Shown: positions 1 to 12,879 of the stretch, piece after piece | Layout: every line of letters starts with the position of its first letter | How positions within the stretch are numbered: the stretch's first letter is position 1 | Origin: Mobula birostris | Lineage: Eukaryota | Direction: 5' to 3' | Assembly (NCBI RefSeq): GCF_030028105.1 | Contig: NC_092397.1 | Location: 25,058,630-25,122,629, forward strand | Length of the DNA stretch: 64,000 nt | The notes under the pieces: model-generated | Seen by the model: the letters and a program-made list of their open reading frames with translations, nothing else | What the model was told of the DNA's origin: nothing | Database searches by the model: none | Made by a program: the position numbers and the translations under genes

Positions 1-480
1 ATAGAAAGGATGCAGAGGAGATTTACAGGGATGTTGCCTGGATTGCGGAGCGTGCCTTATGAGAATAGGTTGAGAGAACTCGGTCTTTTGTCCTCGGAGC
101 CACGGGGGATGAGAGGTGACCTGATGGAGTTGTATAAGATGATGTGAGGCATTGATCCTGTGGATAGTCAGAGGCTTTTTCCCAGGACTGAAAAGGCTCA
201 CAGGAGAGGGCACAGTGTTAAGGTGCTTGGAAGTAGGTACAGATGGGAAGTCAGGAGTAAGTTTTTTTTTTACGCAGAGTGGTGAGTGCGTGGAACTGGC
301 TGCCGGCGACGGTGGCGGAGGCGGATGCAATAGGGTATTTTAATAGACTCTCGGATAGGTACATGGAGCTTAGAAAAATAAAAGGCCTCTACTCGTTGGA
401 ATTTAGAAGAATGAGGGAGGATCTCATTGAAACCTATCGAATATTGAAAAACCTATAAAGAGTGGATGTGGAGAGTATGT
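1..480 (+). mobile_element. CR1-clade LINE 3' fragments (RT C-terminus)
   Basis: Encodes decayed 'IERxQRRFTxMLPGL...RMRGDL' CR1 RT C-terminal motifs; a second short CR1 piece begins at ~383. Confidence 0.85.
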
Positions 481-1340
481 CAGCCCAGCTTCTATGACCC
501 TGACGTTGATGTTGAGCCGAATCGCCCTGGAACATACTGATGAGTTCCTTTGAAAAATGTCCTCCTGTCTCCCAGGCTGAGTGTCGCGGCTGTCATGGTC
601 GACGGATTAGGGCGGTAGACCAGAAGTTCATTAAAGTTTCAGCGGGCATGTTCCGCTGTGGAGGGAATAACCCGTGTCCACGTAATTTCAAATTATTTTA
701 TTCCGTCTCCCAAAGAGTTAATTTTGTCGGCGTTTCCTGATAAAACTGTAAAATAAAGAAAAGAAAACGATGTATTTTGTTGCGCTGTAAAGCGCTTGTT
801 ATGAATTCAGGGCGTTCATTGGAAAAGCCATGGATTGAGTGACTCTGGTCACTCTAAACATGCGGATGATCATCTGCCGCCAACGTGGACTGATCTGCTT
901 TCCTATTGAGCCGTACATCTTTAGAATTGGTCCCGACTCCTGATCTTGTGTCTCGGTGAGTTTGCAAAGGAATGGGATTATACCAGAGAGTATCGGCTCT
1001 CCTGACCCGACAAACCTTAGGACGTTCTCGGTCGTTAAAGATATCTTTCCTCAGGCAGGCAGGAGAGCGGGGTTGTTTGGGTCTACCTTCCTCAGGCGGC
1101 GATAGAGGCCACAGGAGGAAAGAGTCTATTTCGGGTCAATTCAGCTGCAGCTCTGCCGCTGTCCATTGATATTTATGCCGAAGAACAGCCCGGAGACAAA
1201 GAGAGAGAACGCGGTAGAGACACGGTGGAAGATGAACAGAATGTGTGACAGCAGGGCCACTGAAACTAGGTTCAGTAAATAATGTGAAACACATTCATTG
1301 CTGACATGTCGTGAACGAGGTCTCCTAATGTGTCGGAGCA

Positions 1341-3430
1341 CAGGCAGCACAGAGATAATATCAGGAAGGGGCAGCAAATACGAGAAGAAAAGCAGAGAGA
1401 AAGGTGCGAAATAAATCAACAAAGAACAGATAAGAAAAGAAACATTTATAAAGGAAGCCCTCCACTGGAGCTTAGAAAACTAGATGGCAATGGGTAACCC
1501 TAGGTAATTATTAAGATAACGACATGTTCGGCACAGCGTTGTGGGCCGAAGGGCCTGTATTGTGCTGTAGGTTTTCTGTGTCTCTATGAAATGATGTGAC
1601 GTCAGCAAAGAATCGACAAATGAAAATGAAGAGAAGAATGAGCAACGTCCACAACGGAGCAGCACGTCACCACGTTCAGACTACAGCAGAGAGGCGCAGC
1701 GGCAGCGTGCTGGGCCCATGGGCGTCCATTCGGCCGATGGATTGACGATTGTTTCCATGGAGAGCTCTGGAGGTGACGGAGGTCATATCAAATTAACCCG
1801 GGCCTATCAGGATAGTCGAAAACTGTCCGGACGTGTGCAAACTTAGAGAACATCACACGGAGAACTTCATGCGGATGTTTTTGGAAACTGGAACCCATGC
1901 CTGAGTGGCTGGTGAGGCAGGTACACTCGCAACATTAGAGAATTGTCTGGGCGACCACCTGAATCATCAAGACACTGAAGGCAACAGCTAGTAAGCGAGC
2001 TGTTCTCTGGTGTGATCGGTAGTTGATTGTCAACACGGACATTGTGGGCCGAAAGGTCTGTTTTAGGGTCGCATGATTCTGTGAATCTATATTACATTTG
2101 TGTATCACAATAAAGAGTTTTATTTACTCTAGTAATGGGGGAGGGGATGAGAGAGATCCCATTGTGTATAAATAGACAGAGTGTGTGGTGAGCAGACTGA
2201 CCGCACTCAGCGTGAACACATCATCCGACATGTTTTGATGTGTCCTAGTTGGCTGTGGGAATCTGATTTAGAGTGAGAGCAGGAAGCTGCACTGATCGGT
2301 TCACCGGGGAAAATGTGAGGGACAGCACTTCAATCCTTGATCCACTGGCCAGCCCAGGGTGAATAATAATTTTACACTCACTCGTCGATTTAAATAATTT
2401 CGGGAATTCGTACGCGAGTTGTCAGGGTTGGACCACTCGGACGCTAGAAGTGTATGACTGTGGTTCGAGCTGTTTTCTGAACGTGGTCACTGTGATGCCT
2501 CACTCTGGTGCAGTTCCTGTTATGTCCGGTTGAGGTCGCCATCCTCCGACAGACCGGAGATACACAACAGCCAGTGTTTCAATGAAGTGGGAATGATCGC
2601 TTCAGAATTCGATTAGCGACATATCGTTTCCCGCTTGTCGCACTAAAAAAAACAGAAATATAAATATATAACTGTGATTAAAAATGTTCATTCCAACGAC
2701 ACGGATTTGGGCTCGAATGAGAGCACTTCCCTTCGCTAATCCTTGAACACAACAGGTGACTGAATCGCTGGAGCAAACTGAGACACTGCTGTGGGAGGGA
2801 CACGAGTGAAAGGCTCCAGTATTACAGCTGAGAAACATTAAGGTAATTCTGTTCACCCTCCTGTCCTCTTAAATGTGCATGACATGCGCTATTAACTGCA
2901 ATTCCTCGTTAGTATAGTGGTTAGTATCCCCGCCTGTCACGCAGGAGACAGGGGTTCAATTCCCCGACGGGGAGAGATGAATTTTACTACATTATTCAAC
3001 GGGAATATTGAATTCAAAAGACAAATAAAAGCGGACAAAGAATTGTGTTTACGTTAATTTGGGCATTGGGAAGGATGGAATTGCTCGGGCTGCTGCTGTG
3101 AGCCTTCCGAGAAGAAAGTGATGTTACTGTCAACCTCTTTCCTCAAGTATCCCCTGAGAATCTATATCTCAGCACCGTTCTTTGTTACTTGTTCGTTGTT
3201 ACACAGAGTCCATCATTCCGGGCATATTAATCCGGGGCTTCTGTTGTCGACTATGAATTCCCGCATGGTCCCACCACAGTAGTAAGGTAACTAAGCAATA
3301 TCGGTCCAGACGAAATGTGCCGGTCGGAAACGTCGACTGTTTACTCTTTTCCATCGATTTACTTGGTCTGCTGAGTTCCTTCAGTATTCTGTGTGTGTTG
3401 CTTGGATTTCCAGCATCTGCAGATTTCTCT
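1341..3430 (+). repeat. Left arm of inverted segmental duplication (partner ~51005-55054)
   Basis: Continuous reverse-complement match, e.g. 1345 'gcacagagataatatcagga' vs 55030 'ctgatattatctctgtgc', and 3235 'gggcttctgttgtc' vs 51188 'gacaacagaagccc'. Confidence 0.95.
2903..2974 (+). tRNA. tRNA-Asp(GTC) with two stem mismatches (possibly decaying)
   Basis: TCCTCGTTAGTATAGTGG...CTGTCAC...GGTTCAATTCCCCGACGGGGAG; anticodon-stem G>A and T-stem C>A relative to the 52494 copy; TTTT downstream. Confidence 0.92.
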
Positions 3431-3759
3431 TCTTTGTGACCAATATTAAGTGTCACCCTGGAACACATCGATTGCATCCTCATCTTGTTTTGGTGTGCAA
3501 AATGGCTCCAGTCCCCTGCTGTGCAAAGGGAAACTCTGCTCTTCAAAGACCTTTCTTCCCTGGGTTGACTGCACACTATCTGTGAACTATCCTTGCCAAG
3601 GCGCTACATTAACTTGACTTGCTGTAACATCCACACTCCCCACTTCCCTTTGCGTCCTGTAAAGGACCACATGAATTGTGGATGCAGCTGAATTGCACGG
3701 AAAAGTCGAGTCTCCCCAGTGATCCTGTCATCGTCTGTCTGCAGAGTGGGATTGCTGAA

Positions 3760-6393
3760 CGATAGGAGGCAGCTGTCCTTCGGGTCCTCTCTCCACAGAG
3801 TGCTCTCAGTAAGAAACTTAAACAAGTTTCAACACCAGCAGGAATATAAACCCCCTTGCCCACTGTACACTGGAGTTGCACAAACTTCCTGGCAGAGAAT
3901 GAGGCTAATCAGAAGGGTTCCAAAGCTGATGATAGAGTCGTATGTAACTCCTGCCCAAACTTCTTCACTTTAACAGCTTCTAACGGGATCTGCACGGATA
4001 AAATCGACGATGTTTTGCATTATTTCAGTCCAATAATGACACAAGTTCCTCCCCTCTCGGCCAACAGGAAGTTTAATGCTGTTCAGATTTGAAAGGCCAT
4101 GATGCAGCTTGCTGCCACTTTGTTAGAAATGTCTTTGATGACCAGACTTGTATCATGTAGCACTACAGCAGTGTTGTTAGCCGATCACTGCAACACTGGG
4201 GTCATACTGATGTTCTCACGATCCCGTCTGGTAGGTCCCCAGAACAGGAACACTACAATCCAGTAACAATCATCAGTCTCCTTCGTGCTTCAATGCTGGC
4301 AGGTGTTAGTATTTTCTGCTACAGACTCCAAATATCAATAAATATTTGACAGCTTTTGTTCAGGACAAAGGCTCAATTTAAAGGCAAAGGGGATACCCTT
4401 GGCAAACAGCAGTAGGCCTGCCATCCTATACTGTAAGTGCCACTAACAGAGGTTATAGGATCACTGATGACATGGACATTGCACGTACTGTTACCTAAAT
4501 CTGTTCTCATTACCTGGTAGTTGCAGTAACAGACTTCACCCTCATCCTCATGAAGCAGCTTCAGAGCTGAGGATTTATGCAGTCCATGATGAGAAGTTTA
4601 TTGCCATCGTTCAAAGCAGTTCCATTGGCAAGTGTGATTTCTCTGGGCAGTGCGGTCCAGTGCTCCCTTCACAGCTCTAATCTTCTTATCAAAGTGGTAA
4701 ACAGAATCAAACTCAGTACAATTGAGGGGTAGAGATTGCACTGTTAACCCACCTTCTGAATGTCTGGGCCCCCTACAGCACACTCAACAACTCGACCGTT
4801 TAGTCCCAACGTGCATTCATAACTAAGGGTCATGTTGTTTGAATGGAACAGGAGCTGTGCTGCCTCGCCTGTGACATGAGGTGCACAAACCACATACCCA
4901 CTAACATTTCTCCCAGTATCGGATCAGGAGAAGAAGCTGTCAATGCCAAACCCTGACATGCAGGCTTACATCAGGTGCTATTTTACAATGGGCAGAATTA
5001 CAATTGTACAGATTCTACAGTACAGTTTGGGAAAGGATGATTTAAAGTAAGCTTCATAGTCTGTGGTGGTGATGGCGATAGAGGCTGAAACTGACTGTTA
5101 TCAAAGTTGCCTTGGCGCTGAGGGTATCTTTAAGTTCAGTGGCCAGGCTGTCTCCATCTTTTACCCCTACTGTGTCCACCGCCAACATCCCCATGTTTGT
5201 TAAAGTGAATCAAAGAAAAGCAAAACCCATACAGTTAGAATAGCTTTTTCTAAACAATGCTATACGCTTTTCAAAACAAAAAATAATACCAGTCACAAGT
5301 GGGTGACAAGTCAAAAGCATGTAAAGCAGGTAATGTTGAAAGTAAGAGTTAAACTGTAAACAGATGTTAATCTCGCAATGATCAAAAACAATGTGGTTAC
5401 TGTTATTTTTATTAAATATAAAACAGAATACAAGTTAAAATAACGTTCAAATTAAGAAATAATTAATCAAATTAATAAAATAACGGGCAACTGTCACATT
5501 ATTTTTATACAACGGTGAATATTAATGAGACAATGGTAGAGCAGTCCAGGGAGTCTCCAGTCCTCACACAAATATTATCCATTCCCTTAACAGTTTGAAT
5601 CACTTGATTTCATCTGGAATTATTGTAAACCACTCAGAATTTTACTTACCTCTTTTCATCTGAAACAAGTAACAGTCTGCATTTTATTTAACCTGGGCTA
5701 ATTTACTCATCATTTACAATAACATTCATTACGATGGAGTAAATCCGTGAACTTCTGAAATATTTTGCTTGTCTACTTTATAAATTCACTAACGTGCTCA
5801 TCTGCTTTTTGTGCAATACTGTCTATCATATGTCACTGTGGAGTGTGAAGGAAACACTTCAATATAACACACCATTTTAGTTCAGAGTGCATAAAAGTCT
5901 CCATATTGCTCATTCTCCCATCGTGCTAGTGAGAGGTTTACACCTGCCTCGGTGAGTACTCAGGAGACACGACTGGGGTGGGCTTTGTTGTAACCGTACC
6001 TGTAGGAGGCTGAGGTACAGCAGGTTCCTACTACTACTCCCTACTACTTCCTACTCAGACATTGGTACGAGTTGTGTCTTGTTACACACTGAGGTAGACC
6101 CAATTAAATTTTCCTGTTCTTTCTGAGGCTTTTTTCTCTAAATTTATTTCATCTTCTTTGCTCTTACTATGAGAAGCAATCAATTATTTTTGCATTTCGC
6201 TCCAGGTGAACACCACAGGGCAGCTGAAAGTTTCCTCACACCTTTCTCCTTATATCTGTACTTCTGCAAGCGCTCCCTTCTTCCATTCCACCCACTGCTC
6301 AACACACTTCATTCTGTCTGCTCCATAATGTGTGAACACACAGGCCACCGGAGTTCTCTTAGATGTCCAGGACAGTGACTCTCGGGTGACCAT
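3760..6393 (-). mobile_element. Decayed endogenous retrovirus relic: env TM (immunosuppressive domain) plus probable gag N-terminus; pol not seen
   Basis: Minus frame ~4180-4017 reads ANNTAVVLHDTSLVIKDISNKVAASCIMAFQI*TALNFLLAERGGTCVIIGLK*C, matching the LQNRxALDxLLAxxGGxC-x6-CC motif. ATG at 6393 opens a matrix-like stretch followed by a Pro-rich segment. Confidence 0.7.
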
Positions 6394-6519
6394 TCAGACA
6401 CATAATCAGGGCACTCACTCATACTTCAGAATTCCCTTTCTTTCGTGCATCATGGGGTCAAATCCACCCCAAGGCGTAAGCATCATGACCAATGAGATTC
6501 CATCCCGGAGGTGGCAAAT

Positions 6520-6995
6520 CCCACAAAAGGTAGTGGATTCGGCCTGGTATATCACGGGTAAAACACTCACAACCACTGAGCACATCTACATGAAACATTG
6601 CTGTAGGAAAGCAGCGTCCATCGTCAAAGATCCTCACCACCCAGGCATTGCTCTTTTCTCACTGCTGCCATCAGGTAGAAGGTACAGGTACCTCAGGACT
6701 CGCATCACCTGGTTCAAGAACAGTTACTACCCCTCAACCATCAGGGTCTTGAACAAAAGGGGATAGATACACTTATGTCAGGACACTTTTAAGGGCTCTG
6801 TAATATTGTTATTTCATGCTCGTTATTTATTTTTATTTATTTTTCTGCATTTGCACTGTTTGTTTACAATTTATAGTTTCTCATATTTACAGTTCACAGT
6901 AGGTTCTATAGATTTGCTTAGAATTCCCGCAGAAAAGAATCTCAGGGTTGTTTGTGGTGACATGAATCTACTGTGAGAATAGATTTTTCTTTGAA
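6520..6995 (+). mobile_element. Rex1/Babar-type LINE 3' fragment
   Basis: KAASIVKDPHHPG..LFSLLPSGRRYR..RT...KNSYYPSTIRVLN. Confidence 0.8.
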
Positions 6996-7269
6996 CTAGA
7001 TGGTGATATATGCGGACTGTGATAACAACTTATTTTGGGTTAAGTTTTTGGCTTTGACAATATTTTTCCGTGACGCACTTTTTTCATGAAGGGGTCAGTG
7101 ATATAGTTCCAACGTTTTTTTAACTAAAATTATAAAAGATTATCCACACAAAAATATGCCAATTACAAACATTAAATATGTATAAGATCGAAGTGTCAAT
7201 GAAAATATTTCTGTTTATAACACACTCAGTTCCCGTGGGTGGGGAGGGAGTCACCGATCCCGGAAATCT

Positions 7270-7550
7270 CCGTCTGTACCCACTGTTTACAATGGTGGCA
7301 AGTTTTCCAGCTGCTCCACTGATTGACAGATCCCTCTGCCCCGCCTCCCGGGCTGTGCACTCACCGTCACGTGACACCAAGATTTTACCAACTCGTGACG
7401 CGATGACGTCACAGAGGTCCAGCCTCACCGACGTCGTTTCCTGGGGAACGGTAAATCCGGGCTGGTGGGGTCGGGACTATGGCGAGTTGGTGTTGGGCTC
7501 CGCTGTGGGATCCGCCTCTCCTCTTCCTGCCCGCGGAACAGTGAGTGTCT
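7270..7550 (+). promoter_or_regulatory. CpG-rich Pol II promoter / first-exon module
   Basis: TGATTGACAG 7320-7329, GC box, GTCACGTGAC 7366-7375, TGACGTCA 7404-7411, splice donor ACA|GTGAGT at 7541; paralogous to 31110-31680. Confidence 0.6.
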
Positions 7551-9589
7551 GTCAGCGCCTCACTGCACCGGCTCTCTGCCTCAGGTACAATATTTAAAAC
7601 ATATTTGCACAGTCACATGGATGGGAAAGGTTGAGAGGGATACGGCCCTAATGCAGGCAGATGGGCCGAGTTCAGGTCGACATCTTGGTCGGCGGGGATG
7701 AGTTGTACCGAAGGGACTGTTTCATTTCTGTATAAACCAGTGATTCTGTTTTGGGGGTTAATTCCGGATGCCAGCTCTTCTCAGTGTGAAATATTTACCC
7801 TTCAGATCCCCTTTAAATCTGTCTTTAAACAGTTTTGTCCTGCTCTAATGAGAGGCAGTTCTTTGGCTGACAAGGCAAGTAGAACACACAACCCTGTCTA
7901 CCTGTGATGCCACATACAGGGAACTGTGTAACAATATTAGAGGCACATGCACAGGACCTTCAGTGAACAAGGCCCAGAGGGATATGAAACTAATGCAGGA
8001 AAGTGGGATTAGTACAGCTGTGCATGATGGGGAACATAAATGTGATGGGCCGGAGGGTCTGTTTCTATCCTGTACAACCCTGACCACAGCAGTCCTCCAC
8101 TGCAGTGGGGTTTGTCACCTTCATTCTCAGCTGTGAGCTTGTTCCACTGAACCCCTTACCCTCTGAGAAGACATTTGCACCCTCCCACTGTGACCAAGCT
8201 ATCAGCCATCTGTCCTAATATCACCCAGAGTACTTCACCAAATTCCCATATAAAAGTACTGTTATTGGTACACAGGGAATGGGAGTATTTCAGTAGCCTT
8301 TTGAAGGGGTTGGTTCAATATTTGACCATTAATACATTTGGCCAACAAAATTCCTCGTACTGGGTTCTGAATGTTTTAGGTATGACCATCCTGAAGTTCT
8401 GTGTTTCAGGTTCCCATTGCACTTTCACAGTCAGTGGTTTCTGCATGTCCATACTGACCATCAAGAATCTGTCTCCACTAACTCAGCACTTGGTCTGTCT
8501 CCTACCCTGCCTTGGTGATTCAAATGCTCATCCAGATGGTCCTTAAATACCAGCCTGCACCACCCCCTCAGGCAGTATGTTCCAGATTGTAACCTCCTGG
8601 GGACCGAGGACAGTTTCCTCAGATCCTCTTTAAAGCACACATTTCTCTCGTTAAACTTATGTTGAACACATCTCATAATTGTGTGTATTAAATTCCATCT
8701 GCCATTGTTCCAGCTGGTCCACATCCCATGTCAAGACTAGCAACCCTTCCTCGCTGTCCTCTGCACCCTTAATCTTGGTGTCATCTGTAAATTTGCTGAT
8801 CCAGTTTAATACATTCTCATCGAGATCATTAATACAGATGGAAAACAACAATGGACCCAGCACTGGGAAGTTTAACCAGGGCAGGATGTACACAGTGAAT
8901 GACAGGTTCCTGAGAAGCATTCATGAACAGAGACTTTGTGTGTTTCTGCCTCCACTACTTCCTCTGGCGGCTCATTTGGGATACCAGCTATTCTCTGTTA
9001 CATTGACTGTTCCATTTATTATAAATTATTATAAATTACTGTGATTGCATAGTTAGACGGAGACACGATGTAAAGATTTTTACTCCTGATGTGTGTGAAG
9101 GATATAAGAAATAAAGTCAATTAAATTCAATTCAATTCTCCATGCAAAATATTTACCCTCAGATCACCTTTAAACCTCCTCCCTGTCACTTTAAATCCAT
9201 TCCCTTTAGTTTTAGACAGTTTCAGTCAGAAAACAGTCTCTGCCTCTCTAACCTTCATATGCCTCACATAATTTTATCCACCTCCATCAACTCACCTTTC
9301 AGATCCCTTTTAAACCTCCAATCTGTCATGCCAAAACTATTCCCTCCAGTTTTAGGACTAAGAAAACTGTTCCTTCCCTAGAAGACCCTGGGGAGTGAAC
9401 AGTTTGTGCCTACTCATCTCCAGGTGATATTCCATTGATCCATGAAACTGTCCCCTGCACCAGATTCTCAGCCACACATTCATCAGTGGTATCTTCCTAT
9501 ATCTTCCCTGCACTAACAAGTGTCACTGGGAGTAATATGGAGCTTACTAATTTTAGTTTCTCCCTTCTTTCTCTCAATTCACTGCATGA

Positions 9590-12500
9590 CCCACCCAGCC
9601 AACACACTTTTCGTCCCTCTTCCCTCCAGGAGAAGGAACAGGAGCTTGAAGCAGATTTGGGAACAGCTTCTTTCCAACTCTGATAAGACTGCTGAACAGA
9701 TCCTGACCGGGATCTGGGCCGTACCCTCCAAATATCCGGACATGCCTCTCGTTTTTTTTTTGCACTACCTTACTGCCCATTTTTCTATTTTCTATTTATG
9801 ATTTATAATTTAAATTTTTAATATTTACTAATTTTTACTATTTTTAATATTTAATATTTGTAATCCAGGGAGTGGAAAGCGCAGAATCAAATATCGCTGT
9901 GATGATTATATGTTCTAGTATCAATTGTTTGGCGACAATAAAGTATGAAGTAAAGGACACTTCCCTCCTCCTCCCTACATTGCTATTACCAAAATGCACC
10001 GTCCACCATGATGTCTGACTGCTCAGCCTTCCATTTGAAATGTCCTGCAGCTGCTCCGAGACCATCAGACCATAAAACACAGGAGCAGAATTAGGCCATT
10101 TGGCCCCATACACGTTACTGCACCATTCTGCTAGGGATAAGAGATCATGACAGATCTCTTAACCCTCTCAAATCCTCTTCCTTCCCCTCCAAGAATCAAG
10201 AACCTCCACATTAAATATAGTCAAGTCACTTTTTATTGTTATTTTGACCATAAACTGCTGGTACAGTACACAGTAAAAATGAAACAACGTTCCTCCAGGA
10301 CCATGGTGCTACATGAAACAACACAAAACTACACTAGACTATGTGAGAGAGCTCAAGGTTACACTAGACAACAGACCTACACAGGACTACATAAAGAGCA
10401 CAAAACAGTGCAGGGCTGTACAATCAATAATAAACAAGACAACAGGCACAGTAGAGGACAAATTACAATATAATAATAAATGATGTAGATGTCAGTCTAG
10501 ACTCTGTGTATTAAGGAATCTGATGGCTTGAGGGAAGAAACTGTTGCCCAGTCTGGTCGTGAGAGCCCGAATGCATTGATACCTTTTGCCAGATGGCAGG
10601 AGGGAGAAGAGTTTGTACGAGAGGTGTCTGGGGTCCTTTACAATGCTGTTGGCTTTACGGGTACAGCGTGTGGTGTAAATGTCTGTAATGGTGGGAAGAG
10701 AGACCCCGATGATGATCTTAGCTGTCCTCACTATCCCCTGCAGGGTCTTGCGATCCGAGACGGTGCAATTTCCGAACCAGGCAGTGATGATGCAGTATCC
10801 CCAACGAATTGGCCACAGCCGTCTGTGGGGATGAATTCAGAGTCAGAACCAGAATCAGGTTTATTACCACCGGCGTGTGTCATGAAATTTGTTAATTTAG
10901 GAGCAGCAGTTCAATGCAGTACGTGATAATATAGAAAGAATAAATAAATCAGTATGTGTGTATATGGATATGTATATTATGTAGATTAAAAACAGTGCAA
11001 AAACAAATAATATAGTTTAAATAATATAAATTTTATTTAGAAGATTGAGGGGGGACCTTATTGAAACGTATAAAATCCTAAGGGGATTGGACAGGCTAGA
11101 TGCAGGAAGATTGTTCCCGATGTTGAGGAAGTCCAGAATGAGGGGTCACAGTTTGAGGATAAAGGGGAAGCCTTTGAGGATCGTGATTAGGAAAAACTTC
11201 TTCATACAGAGAGTGGTGAATCTGTGGAATTCTCTGCCACAGGAAACAGTTGAGGCCAGTTCATTGGCTATATTTCAGAGGGAGTTAGTTATGGCCCTTG
11301 TGGCTAAAGAGATCGGGGGGTATGGAGGGAAGGCTGGTACAGGGTTCTGAGTTGGATGATCAGCCATGATCATACTGAATGGCGGTGCAGGCTTGAAGGG
11401 CTGAATGGTCTACTCCTGCACCTGTTTTCTATGTTTCTATACAGTAGATAGAATACATCTATAGCAGTTTTTGAGTGTTTTAAAGTGACAGACCAGATAT
11501 CTTCAAACTCCTGATGAAATCACTGTCTTGCCCTCTTTATACTGTAGCAGCATCGATATGTTGGGACCAGGTTAGATCCTCAGAGATATTGACACCCAGG
11601 AACTTGAAATTGTTCACTCTCTTCACTTCTGATCCCTCTCTGAGGATGAGTTCATGTTCCCTCATCTCAGCTTTCCTTCAATCAGCTCTTTTGTCTTACT
11701 GACATTAAACACAAGGTTGTTGCTGTAACACCACTCAACTAGCTGGTAAATCTTGCTCCTGTCTTCCCTCTCCTCTCCATCTGAGATTCTACCGACAGCA
11801 TATTTACAGTTGGCATTTGAGCTATACTTAGTCACATGGTCATGGTTATAGAGGGAGTAGAGCAGTCGGCTAAGCCCACAAATCTGAAGTGCACCAGTGC
11901 CAGTGTTGATTGTCAGCGAAGAGAAGATACTAATTTGAATTGACTTTATTTCTTGCATCCTTCACGTACATGAGCAGTAAAATTCTTTATGTTATGTCTC
12001 GTCTGAACGTGCAACCGTAATAACTTATAATAATTGCTAATAAATGGAACAGTCAACGTAACATCGAAATGCCCTCAAATCAGCGTGAGTTAATCAGTCT
12101 AATGGCCGGTGGAAGAAGCTGTCCCGGAGCCTGTTGGTTCTGGCTTTTATGCTGCGGTACCATTTCCTGGATGGTTGCAGCTGGAATAGATTGTGGTTGG
12201 GGTGACTCAGGTCCCCAGTGATCCTTTGGGCTCTTTTCTCACACCTGTCTTTGTAAATGTCGTGAATCATGGGAAGTTCACAACTACAGATGTGCTGGGC
12301 TGTCCACACCACTCTCTGCAGAGTCCTGCGATTAAGGGAGGTTCAGTTCCCATATCAGGCAGTGATGCAGTCAGTCAGGATGCTCTCAATTGTGACCCTG
12401 TAGAAAGTCCTTAGGATTTGGGGGCCCATAACAAACTTCTTCAACCGTCTGAGGTGAAAATGACGCTGTTGTGCCTTTTCACCACTCAGCCTGTATGTAT

Positions 12501-12620
12501 AGACCATGTGAGCTCAGTAATATTGATGCCGAGGAACTTAAAGCCGTTTACCCTCTTAACCCCGGATCCATTGATGTCAATAGGGGTTAGCCCGACTCCA
12601 TTAATCCACACATTCTGATT
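9590..12620. mobile_element. Nest of Rex1/Babar-type LINE 3' fragments (9590-9950 +, 10215-10795 -, 11440-12620 -) and a CR1 3' end (11040-11440 +)
   Basis: ORFs 10492..10731 and 12094..12312 carry LPSGKRY-type motifs; 11045..11350 reads RGDLIETYKIL...RVVNLWNSLP. Confidence 0.8.
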
Positions 12621-12879
12621 GCAGGGTTCTGAGTTGGATGATCAGCCATGATCATAATAAATAGCGGTGCAGGCTCGAAGGGCTGAATGGCCTACTCCTG
12701 CACCTATTTTCTATGTTTCTGTGTTTCTATCACCAGTCTGCACAGATTGTGGTCTCCCGGTTAGGAAGTCGAGGATCTAATTGCAGAGGGACCAGGTTCT
12801 GTAGCTTAGTAATCAGGACTGTGGGAATGATGGTGTTAAACACTGAGCTCTAGTCAATGAACAACATCCTGACATAGGC

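Noticed and set aside
8105-8470. Possible gag zinc-knuckle remnant (GQYGH...DC, minus strand)
   Set aside because: Motif is incomplete with no supporting context
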